Virus record (IMG/VR): IMGVR_UViG_3300027881_000013
Span: 1-62,438 of that record
DNA length: 62,438 bases
Origin: a virus
Lineage: Duplodnaviria > Caudoviricetes
Reading direction: 5' to 3' (one strand)
Shown: piece after piece, positions 35,672 to 44,385 of the stretch
Layout of the letters: each line of letters begins with the position of its first letter
How positions within the stretch are numbered: the stretch's first letter is position 1
The notes under the pieces: generated by a model
The model's input: only the letters and a program-made list of their open reading frames with translations
What the model was told of the DNA's origin: nothing
The model's database searches: none
Program-made: the position numbers and the translations under genes

Positions 35672-37156
35672 ATGCCTAAAATAATTGCGCAATATGGTAT
35701 CCCGACTTCGACTACACCGGCACCAGAGCCTAATGTGACGGATACGCCTACTACTGAGGACTTATCTCAAAAAGAAGAAAAAGATAAGCAGCTTAGACAA
35801 CAAGAAAAGCGCGTATTAAATCAGCAGATGCGTTTAATGCGTGACAAATTACAGATGTTACAGGCACAATTAACACCCATCAAGCAAAATGAAGATCAAT
35901 TTGACGATCTTAATCGTCAAGAAGAGGCAGAACAAGAAGAGCTAGCACGTCAAAAAGATACTGATGTTATGAATAAGATGATTCAACAGAATCAGCAGAA
36001 TCAGCAGAATATGAGCACGCAGGTAATGACCATGCAAAGCTCAAGATGGGTAAGGTCTGAAAAAGCTGATGCTAAAATCTTATTCAATAATAAGATCGCC
36101 ATAATCTGTGATGTAGCTGCTACACCTAGACAGCAGGCTAGTGGCCTTCAGGCGTATGCTGTTCTTCCTAAAGATAGAGGATTGTGGTTTCCACAAAATG
36201 GCAGTCGTGTAGCAGCATTCCATATGGGTGATGTTAAATTTCCTATCGATATCATCTTTGCGAATGATGGACGGATAAATAAGATTATCGCAAATGTGAC
36301 ACCAGGTAGATTTGGTACATGGTCTTCTATTTGTACTGATGTTATTGAAGCTAATGCTGGATGGTGTAGAGAAAATGATATTATGGTGGGCGATGAGTTA
36401 CAAACCCCACTAAATAAGGCTGGCAATAAGCATACGTATGAACCTTTAAGAGGTATAACTGAGGCAGAAACCGAAGATAACTTTGAAGAGGAATTGTTAC
36501 AAACGTTCCCCTTTTTACGACAAGCTAAAGAAAATCGTTTACCTGGTGGTGTTGATAACGATCAGACTGTTAGAACTAGTCCACTAGTACGATTTGAACA
36601 TAATACTCTTCCAGATGAATCTAGTCCATTTGGTGATGGGGATAGTGCAGATGTAGATCCCTTTACTGGCATGGGTAATCCCAATGGTAGTGATGGCGGT
36701 GGTGGATTTAGTAGTAAACATTTCGATTATACTCGAGGGTTTGATCCCTCACTAGCAGAACCAGAAAGAAAAAGTGTTACACCTATTTCTCCAAGATCTG
36801 ATGGGTTATTGGCCCCCATTAGACCTGCTGCGGCGAAAATGGGTATTAAAATTGATCCTAAGAAGTTGATAGATGGATCAGTACAATTATATAAAGACCA
36901 TACACCAGACTGGGTTAAAGAAGAAGAAAATGGCGGAATTACAGCAGAGGCTGTGCACGAAGAGATGGCTGTAATTACAGCAGATACTATACAAAATTGG
37001 ATTGACGCGCTTGGATTTGAAGAAAGAAATGCTGAGGCTCTTCAGCAGGTTATGTTTACTGATAGCTATAAATCCGATTTAGGTGAAGAATTACAAGATC
37101 AAGGATTAATAAAAGATTTCAAGCTATTTGACTCTGACCTTTTGATCTACCGGTAG
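35672..37156 (+). CDS. Head-associated protein with DUF192 domain
   Basis: DVAATPRQQASGL...RGLWFP...FHMGDVKFPIDIIF...VIEANAG. Confidence 0.75.
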   Translation: MPKIIAQYGIPTSTTPAPEPNVTDTPTTEDLSQKEEKDKQLRQQEKRVLNQQMRLMRDKLQMLQAQLTPIKQNEDQFDDLNRQEEAEQEELARQKDTDVMNKMIQQNQQNQQNMSTQVMTMQSSRWVRSEKADAKILFNNKIAIICDVAATPRQQASGLQAYAVLPKDRGLWFPQNGSRVAAFHMGDVKFPIDIIFANDGRINKIIANVTPGRFGTWSSICTDVIEANAGWCRENDIMVGDELQTPLNKAGNKHTYEPLRGITEAETEDNFEEELLQTFPFLRQAKENRLPGGVDNDQTVRTSPLVRFEHNTLPDESSPFGDGDSADVDPFTGMGNPNGSDGGGGFSSKHFDYTRGFDPSLAEPERKSVTPISPRSDGLLAPIRPAAAKMGIKIDPKKLIDGSVQLYKDHTPDWVKEEENGGITAEAVHEEMAVITADTIQNWIDALGFEERNAEALQQVMFTDSYKSDLGEELQDQGLIKDFKLFDSDLLIYR

Positions 37157-37165
37157 GAGAGATAA

Positions 37166-38725
37166 ATGAGCAGCTACAATAAATTTGCTAAAGTACGCGC
37201 TGAAGAACGAAAAGAAGTTAATCAGAAAGTATCTGGAGCTCTTAGTAATTTAAGCCCTAGGACTGCTCAACTAAAATTTGATTTGAGTGAAAAGCGTGAA
37301 ACTAAGTTAGATACTAATAAGAATGCAACTGTTAAGGCACTTGAGTTAGTAGCTACTCTACTTTCTAATTTTACTCTACCTTCGAAACCTGTTTTACAAT
37401 ATCATGGTGTTATAAAGAATGCATCAGATAAAAATGGCGTTATTGCCGATGGTATTATTAAAATAGGTGCCCAATTTCGTACTCTCATGGGTCACAGGGC
37501 CAACATTGATATTCCTGTTATTGTTAGAGAAAAGTCTTTGTTAGAACCAGCACTATTTTTCTTTGATGGTGCGCCCTATGTAATGTGCGGGCCAGCGCTT
37601 GATGATCTTATTAAACGTGGTACCTTAATGAAGGACATGCAGCATCGTCAAATGTTATCTCCGCCATCTGATGAGAAGGTATCTGGTGCTGACTTACCTA
37701 GAGTACCAGTAAGCAATACGCAACACATGTATAACATTGGTCCAAGAAATCCCTGGACTATGAGACGTCATTCTGAAAAGAAACAAGCACAAGCAGAACA
37801 ATTTATGCCCTTTTTAGAAGGAATTGATCGTGTTAGGGGTATGATAGAACAAAGTACGCAAGGAATAAATACTGTAGTTAGTCAATTACAGCAAGCATAT
37901 GATACTGTTAGTTATAATGGTGATGTGGGTACAGCCATTACTATACTTCAACAAGTAATGGAGAATCCAGCAGCAGCAAGTGTAAAACCAAATATTGAAT
38001 CTCTTATTAATTGGGGCCAAAAACAAGCTCAGGCAGGTCCTGTTCCTCCTTCTAGTGCTGAGGTTGCTGCTGGTATTGAAGATGTTAATCTTAAACAATT
38101 TTCTGATGAAGATTTAGAAGCATTAAGACTAGATGCTCAAGAAAGATCAGATGAACTCGGGGCTGGTGGGAATGGAGTAGCTCCAATTGATGCTAGTGGT
38201 GCTTGGGATGCTGTTGCAGATGCGCGCAATATAAGTAAAGAATTATTTTCTAGGGGCACAAAAGCAGCTAAGGACCAGCGTAAACGTACTAATATAGACG
38301 TTCCCACTGAAATTCCTGAAGTATGGGAAGATGAGCCACAACAGTATTTAGACCCAGCTGAACGTGAACGTGATACATTTGGTGTAGGTTCCAATGTTAA
38401 ACTCATTAAGGACTATGAAGTACGCGATCGTGGTGGTTCTACCATCATAGTACCTAGTGGTGAACAGGGTCGTGTTGTTAGAGACGAAAAAGCTGATGGC
38501 CTTTGTCTTTATGTTGAATTTCCGGCATTAGGATTAATGGACGTAGTTCCAAAGAAATGTTTAAAACCAGGTAAAAAATCAAAGAAAAAGGCTGCTGTAG
38601 TACAAGAGCAAGTAGATCATCTCGTACAAGAAATGTTAAGGGAGGGATACCAGACAGTAGATATAAAAGCTGCAATCAAAGAGCATTACCCAGAACACGC
38701 CAATGAGGCACTAAGCAAGTTATAA
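37166..38725 (+). CDS. Putative head protein
   Basis: AGGAG RBS; RTA, KQAQA x2, KAA motifs; SH3-like segment. Confidence 0.65.
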   Translation: MSSYNKFAKVRAEERKEVNQKVSGALSNLSPRTAQLKFDLSEKRETKLDTNKNATVKALELVATLLSNFTLPSKPVLQYHGVIKNASDKNGVIADGIIKIGAQFRTLMGHRANIDIPVIVREKSLLEPALFFFDGAPYVMCGPALDDLIKRGTLMKDMQHRQMLSPPSDEKVSGADLPRVPVSNTQHMYNIGPRNPWTMRRHSEKKQAQAEQFMPFLEGIDRVRGMIEQSTQGINTVVSQLQQAYDTVSYNGDVGTAITILQQVMENPAAASVKPNIESLINWGQKQAQAGPVPPSSAEVAAGIEDVNLKQFSDEDLEALRLDAQERSDELGAGGNGVAPIDASGAWDAVADARNISKELFSRGTKAAKDQRKRTNIDVPTEIPEVWEDEPQQYLDPAERERDTFGVGSNVKLIKDYEVRDRGGSTIIVPSGEQGRVVRDEKADGLCLYVEFPALGLMDVVPKKCLKPGKKSKKKAAVVQEQVDHLVQEMLREGYQTVDIKAAIKEHYPEHANEALSKL

Positions 38726-38738
38726 CTAGGAGTGTAAA

Positions 38739-39488
38739 ATGCAGGTAAACATTACCAATTTAGGAAGTGGGAAGCTGTCGTTAGACGTCACTGTAGGTGA
38801 GGTCACTGTACGTGAGAATTTCGATATCGGTGAGACTATCGATGTTGGTGATAAGATCACTGTCGATGAGTTGAATCAGAGTCCTGAGATTCAGGCATTG
38901 GTCGCTGCTGGCACTATTTCTGTTGCTTCGCAGGCTGAGGCTGTTGACGTTGCTGAGTCTATCAAGCTCATGCAATCGGTAATTCTTGGTGCGCCGATTC
39001 TTGCTGATGTTGATCGTATTGTCACCACGATTGATATTGCAGCTATTGCGCAGACCATTGCTGCTCAGCCAGATGTACCACGTAACCTTACCTGTACGTT
39101 GACCGATGGTGACGATTCGGTAACTGCTACTATCACCTATATTGGTGTAGACCCGGCTGGTAGAGCAGTTACTGAGATTCAAAACATCGCGCTTGGTACT
39201 GGTAAGGCTTTTGTCGGTACTAAGATCTTCGCCTCTGTCACTAGTATTACTGTTTCTGGTCTTTCTGGTGAAGCTGGCGGCGATGCTATCGTAGTTGGTG
39301 TTGGTGATGTTATTGGTCTTCCGTCCGATATTGTTGCTACTACCGCTGTTAAGCACACCTATCTTGGTGGCGTGCTTGTTACGCCGGATGCCATTGCTGT
39401 TGGTGCCTCGTTAAGTGGTGTTGACGCCAATGGTGGAACCTATGATGGTTCCAAGCTCATGCACGTGTTTTACAATACTGGTGAGTAA
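38739..39488 (+). CDS. Beta-rich virion structural (decoration-like) protein
   Basis: A/V/T/G-rich; QPDVPRNL motif; strong RBS; hairpin downstream. Confidence 0.65.
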   Translation: MQVNITNLGSGKLSLDVTVGEVTVRENFDIGETIDVGDKITVDELNQSPEIQALVAAGTISVASQAEAVDVAESIKLMQSVILGAPILADVDRIVTTIDIAAIAQTIAAQPDVPRNLTCTLTDGDDSVTATITYIGVDPAGRAVTEIQNIALGTGKAFVGTKIFASVTSITVSGLSGEAGGDAIVVGVGDVIGLPSDIVATTAVKHTYLGGVLVTPDAIAVGASLSGVDANGGTYDGSKLMHVFYNTGE

Positions 39489-39494
39489 GTAAAC

Positions 39495-39527
39495 TGAGAT
39501 GAGGAGGGGTCACACCCTCCTCACTCA
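39495..39527 (+). terminator. Hairpin after 38739..39488
   Basis: TGAGGAGGG/CCCTCCTCA stem; weak U-tract. Confidence 0.45.
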
Positions 39528-39559
39528 TTACCCTCGAAAGAGGAGGCCAAGGGCTTAAC

Positions 39560-39895
39560 ATGTCTAACAGATTCATTGTCGTACTCGTTGATTACGTAGG
39601 CCGCAGAATTATTGGTGAAGCTATATCTGATACTGCTTTACCTATAATTAAAGTTAAGAACCCATTGATACTTAAGGAAGTAGTGGATCAGACTAATAAG
39701 TCTGTGCATTTAAGTATCTCTCCTATTTTTCATACTTTTGAAGTAACAGAGAAAGAAATTAAGTGGACTACTAAATTTATTGCAGATGAAGATCTTTCTA
39801 GTAGCTATGATCAGTTTGTTGAGCGTATCAGAGCTAAAAGAAATACAAATATAGAGGTGGTTGGGCAAATGCCAACTCCACAGGTAATCGGTTGA
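39560..39895 (+). CDS. Small beta protein, possible Sm-like fold
   Basis: GRRIIGE...IKVKNPLIL pattern. Confidence 0.55.
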   Translation: MSNRFIVVLVDYVGRRIIGEAISDTALPIIKVKNPLILKEVVDQTNKSVHLSISPIFHTFEVTEKEIKWTTKFIADEDLSSSYDQFVERIRAKRNTNIEVVGQMPTPQVIG

Positions 39896-41928
39896 CATCA
39901 GGGGTAAATAGTGGGGCTAGTAGCCTTAGAAATTCGATGGAGGCACTAGTTTCGCCCCTAACTACTACCCATAAGAAAAACAAGAAAGATATTGATAGAG
40001 ATTATTTAGTTCAACCTGCTCCTAATATCATTGAGTTTGTAGCCTCTCCACAATTTTTAAATGTTCCATCTGTCTATGAATATACTAGACAGTATCAGGT
40101 ACTAAGAGATTTCTTTCAATATCGATGTCCTATCTGTAATCCACTTAAACCAGAAGCTATTGATTGTTGGGATAAACCACGTTCATACTTAGAAGATGAA
40201 GTATTATTAATATGGTCAAAGAAGTATAATGAAGATGTCTGTCCTAAGTGTGGTTTAACTAGGACAGAGATGTTAACAGATAAAGCAATTGAGAGATATA
40301 ATCAGCTTCATGGTATTGTAGGAATGCGTTCTGGTAAGACCGCAACTGTTGGTCTTATGGGAGCATATTTAGAGCATCGACTTATTACTATTTCTCTTAA
40401 TCAACCAGATAGAAGATTGTCTTCTTATTTTGGTCTGTTACCCAAGCAGCCCTTTGAAGTAACATATATTGCATCAACTGAAGTCCAGTCTAATGATACT
40501 ATTTGGGCTTATTATAAGAATTTTAGATCAGATTCACCTTGGTTTAAACGCTATGTGGTCTGGGTAAAAACTCAAGAGAAAGAACAAGATACTCCAGTTG
40601 GTATGGAAAGATGGAAATATCAGGAGACAATTAGAGAAATTGAAAATGGTCATATGGGTGTAAAGTTCAACTCAAAGAACTCTAACTCATCTGGTCTTGC
40701 TGGTCGTACTCGTATTGGATCATTTATTGATGAATTAAGTCGCTTTAAGCAAACTGATTCGTCTATGGGTGCTGAAGAGTCCTATCGTGTTATGGAGAAC
40801 TCTTTACGTACTGTTCGCTCAGCAGTCTTAAATAAGACCTTGCTTGAGTGGTTTGGCTTGATGGTATCAATTTCATCTCCCATATCGATTGATGATAAGG
40901 GAATGGAATTACTTTATACGTCTACTAACATTAAAAGTATGTACTCATTCCATTATGCTACCTGGGAATTTAATCCCATGGAGAAGCGTGAATATTATGA
41001 TGAGGCTTACGAAAAGGATCCAGTAGGTACAGAACGTGACTTTGGTGCTAAGCCGCCATTATCTGCTAATCCACTAATTATTGATCCTACTCGATTTGAA
41101 AATGTTGCAGTAATGGACTCGTTGGAACCAACTGCTAGATTAGAAATTATTCCATTTATAGATAAAACTAATCAGCGCTATCATCGAGCCCATATGGTTG
41201 AATGTCAGCTGAAAAGAGATATGCCACGGTATATTTGTTTTGATGCTGGTCAAAATTTCGATTCATTTGCTGGTGCATGTGGTCATTTAGAAATTAGACA
41301 ATTACCTGATGATAAGATGGAGTATGTAACTATAGTAGATTGGGTAATGCGTGTTTTACCATCAAAAGATATGGATGTTTGGTTTGATTCTTGTATCGAT
41401 ATTATTGATTATCAAAAATCATACCAAAAAATAGCACAGGTTGAATTTGATAGATGGAATAGTGTTACTCTTATTCAGCAAATCAGAAATCTTGGAGTAA
41501 GAGCAGAACAAAAGACCATTAAAGCGGAAGATTATATTAAGTTTGTTTCGGATTCTCTTATGGGTAGAGTGCGATTACTACCTAAGGAACCTGACGATGA
41601 TAGTCTTGACCCGCCCTTTAAATCCGCTCAAGGTGTAGGCATATATGAAATTGAACGTCTCGAGAGGTCTATTGACGATAAGAAAGTATATAATCCGCAA
41701 AAGGGTAAAAGACGCGGCTATAATTCGGACGATGTTGCGGTTGTCTTAGTACACTTACATAAGATGTGTCAAGATTCACAAATTATGCCCACAGGTGTTA
41801 AATTACGTTCTAGAGAAGCAAGACTAAAACGTGAAGAGGTTGGTGGACAGCAGTATCAAATGGGTGGTCAGGGTAGACTTTTTAATCCGAATAGAGCAAT
41901 CGGTAATAATAGCAAGAGACGCTGGTGA
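39892..41928 (+). CDS. terL: Terminase large subunit
   Basis: Walker A GMRSGKT, Walker B SFIDE, ISSP coupling motif, nuclease ICFDAG / EFDRWNS / SDD; start uncertain. Confidence 0.92.
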   Translation: MTSGVNSGASSLRNSMEALVSPLTTTHKKNKKDIDRDYLVQPAPNIIEFVASPQFLNVPSVYEYTRQYQVLRDFFQYRCPICNPLKPEAIDCWDKPRSYLEDEVLLIWSKKYNEDVCPKCGLTRTEMLTDKAIERYNQLHGIVGMRSGKTATVGLMGAYLEHRLITISLNQPDRRLSSYFGLLPKQPFEVTYIASTEVQSNDTIWAYYKNFRSDSPWFKRYVVWVKTQEKEQDTPVGMERWKYQETIREIENGHMGVKFNSKNSNSSGLAGRTRIGSFIDELSRFKQTDSSMGAEESYRVMENSLRTVRSAVLNKTLLEWFGLMVSISSPISIDDKGMELLYTSTNIKSMYSFHYATWEFNPMEKREYYDEAYEKDPVGTERDFGAKPPLSANPLIIDPTRFENVAVMDSLEPTARLEIIPFIDKTNQRYHRAHMVECQLKRDMPRYICFDAGQNFDSFAGACGHLEIRQLPDDKMEYVTIVDWVMRVLPSKDMDVWFDSCIDIIDYQKSYQKIAQVEFDRWNSVTLIQQIRNLGVRAEQKTIKAEDYIKFVSDSLMGRVRLLPKEPDDDSLDPPFKSAQGVGIYEIERLERSIDDKKVYNPQKGKRRGYNSDDVAVVLVHLHKMCQDSQIMPTGVKLRSREARLKREEVGGQQYQMGGQGRLFNPNRAIGNNSKRRW

Positions 41929-41931
41929 TAC

Positions 41932-44376
41932 ATGGCTAAAGATTCTGCTGTAAATGTCGTCGACCATCCTGAGGATGGCGACGTTGGTGGTCGTGATCAA
42001 GTATCTTTCCCATCAGAGTTTCCTGCTGGTGAATTACCTGACGCAGAAGAAGCTGCTGCTGAAACTTTATATAAACGCCCACGACAAGCCAAAGTTTGGT
42101 TTATACGTGGTGATCTAGTAAAAATTAAAGATACTCCTGAAATGGGTGTGGGTTTTATTACTAAATATTTGCCTCGTGGCGACGAAAATAATACATACTG
42201 GCAAGTAGTATTTAATAATGAATTTTATAGAGTAGAAGACAGAAATTTAGAATTAGCAGGAGAAGATGAAACATATCAAGATGATAATTTTTATGGTAAA
42301 CATGCAACTAAAGAAAGTGAATCAAGACAAGCTAGTAGATTTCGTGAACTTTCTAAAGATTTAGCTCTTACTACTGTATATGAAGTAGATAAACTTTTTG
42401 ATTTACCATCTGGTTTTATAACTGGTGGATTATATTCTTATTATCTTAAGGGTTCGATGCCACATGCTGTAGATGTCATAAGACGTACTGTACAGAATGT
42501 TGATCATATTAGTGATGAACAGATATTAAGTATATTAAATGATGCATTACTTCAGATAGATAAAGTATTATATGGTAATCCACAATTTATAGAATATTTT
42601 GAAAAGAATAAAACAGCAGAATTAGGTCAAGGGCTTACACAGTTGACAACTGAACGTGAGCATGGTAAACCAAATTTAAATTTAACTGAACCTGCACGCT
42701 GGAATCAGTCATATACTGATGAAAATAGATTTGAAGATGCAGATGGTAAATTAGGTGACTCAGATGAAGATCATGGTACCCTCTCAGAAGATGTATACCC
42801 ACCATACACTGACGGAATTGGACAGCCCAATCCCAGATACGAAGACACAGACAAGAAGCGATTTGACATTGTGTTACATGCTTCCGAAGAAGAAAAAATC
42901 GACCCAAATGCGGGACCTGATTATATCTGGATCGCGGTAGATCTTGATGGCACTATTTTAGAGCCACCACCAGATAATCAGTATGAGTCAGAAACTGGTG
43001 AACACGTATTTGGTCAACCAATTGATGGTGCTAGAGAGGCACTACAAGAAATGGTTGATAGTGGTGCAGTAATATCAATTTATACTGCTAGACAATATTT
43101 TGCTGATGGTGATGATAAAGAAAATAAGCTAATTGAAGCTGTTCAAAATACGTTAGATGAGCATGAAATTCCGTTTACCGATGTTTATGTCGGTAAAAAA
43201 CCACCAGCTCATTATTTTATTGATGATAAGGGAGTCTCTTTTACTGGTGATTGGGGTATGGTAATGGACACCATACGAGACCAATTAGAAAAGACTGCTA
43301 ATGATCCTACTAAGGCGATTAAAGATTATCAAGGTATAAAGATGGATGTGGAGTGGCCGAAAGGTTCAATTCGGTCATATGAGGGTAGTGATACCTATGC
43401 TACCCATATGAAATGCGACTATGGTTATGCTGCCGGTGTTGAAGGTAGCGATGGTGAAGAACTTGATATTTATCTAGGTCCTGAAGATACCGAAATTGCC
43501 TATGTTATTGAGCAGATGAAAGATGATGGTTCATACGACGAAGATAAAGTAATGCTTGGTTTCGCATCTGAAGAGGATGCGACTGAGATGTTTTTACAAC
43601 ATATGCCAGCCTATATGCTAGGTGAAATACGTGCTGTTCCAATTGAAACATTATACAATGCCTTATATGGAGAGCCTGAAGATCGTCGCGGTCAAGATGA
43701 TATAGTGCCTAGTGAAGAAAAGACTGCTGAAGATAAAGCTAAAAGGCGCAAGAAAAAGAAAACAGTTAAGACTAAATCTGATTATGTTGGCCCACAAAGT
43801 TCTCAGAGTGGTGGTATAGGTTTAGGTGGTGGGCCAGCAGGAGATATTGAAGCTGATAGTGATAAAGAATCTGCACAACAAAATTTAGCATGGAAAGCAA
43901 TAAATTCTCTTAATAATCCTGAGATGGTTTTACTATTAAGTGATCCACAATATGTAAAAATTGACATAACCAAAATGGATAAGGGTCCTGAAGAGGTGCA
44001 AAGTTTAATTGATGGTATCTCAAGTACAATGGTTGCTGATCCAGAATTTGAAGAGAAGATAGAATCAATTGTTGGATCAGATCCAGGTATTACTATGAGT
44101 GTCCATCCCAAATCAGATTTAACTTTTAATGAGCAAAGATTATTTTCTTCACCAGCAGAAGAAATACAATTATTAGAAGAAAGATCACTTGAACTTAAAA
44201 ATCAACAGAAAAAAGAAGAAGAAATGCCTCTTGTAAGTCCAGAAGAATTCGAACAAATAGCTACTAAGACATGGCCTGAAGACGATCCTATGGAGAATGA
44301 ATTTACTGATGGGACTGAGGATAGAGAAAATAGAGATATACCTCGTCCACCAGAAACAGAAAAAGCGAAGTATTAG
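41932..44376 (+). CDS. Polyvalent head protein: SH3-like + HAD phosphatase + inorganic-pyrophosphatase-like domain
   Basis: IAVDLDGT...IYTAR...KPPAHYFIDDK; EWPKGSIRS...DYGY...GSDGEELDIYLGP...DEDKVMLGF. Confidence 0.8.
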   Translation: MAKDSAVNVVDHPEDGDVGGRDQVSFPSEFPAGELPDAEEAAAETLYKRPRQAKVWFIRGDLVKIKDTPEMGVGFITKYLPRGDENNTYWQVVFNNEFYRVEDRNLELAGEDETYQDDNFYGKHATKESESRQASRFRELSKDLALTTVYEVDKLFDLPSGFITGGLYSYYLKGSMPHAVDVIRRTVQNVDHISDEQILSILNDALLQIDKVLYGNPQFIEYFEKNKTAELGQGLTQLTTEREHGKPNLNLTEPARWNQSYTDENRFEDADGKLGDSDEDHGTLSEDVYPPYTDGIGQPNPRYEDTDKKRFDIVLHASEEEKIDPNAGPDYIWIAVDLDGTILEPPPDNQYESETGEHVFGQPIDGAREALQEMVDSGAVISIYTARQYFADGDDKENKLIEAVQNTLDEHEIPFTDVYVGKKPPAHYFIDDKGVSFTGDWGMVMDTIRDQLEKTANDPTKAIKDYQGIKMDVEWPKGSIRSYEGSDTYATHMKCDYGYAAGVEGSDGEELDIYLGPEDTEIAYVIEQMKDDGSYDEDKVMLGFASEEDATEMFLQHMPAYMLGEIRAVPIETLYNALYGEPEDRRGQDDIVPSEEKTAEDKAKRRKKKKTVKTKSDYVGPQSSQSGGIGLGGGPAGDIEADSDKESAQQNLAWKAINSLNNPEMVLLLSDPQYVKIDITKMDKGPEEVQSLIDGISSTMVADPEFEEKIESIVGSDPGITMSVHPKSDLTFNEQRLFSSPAEEIQLLEERSLELKNQQKKEEEMPLVSPEEFEQIATKTWPEDDPMENEFTDGTEDRENRDIPRPPETEKAKY

Positions 44377-44385
44377 GGGAAATAA

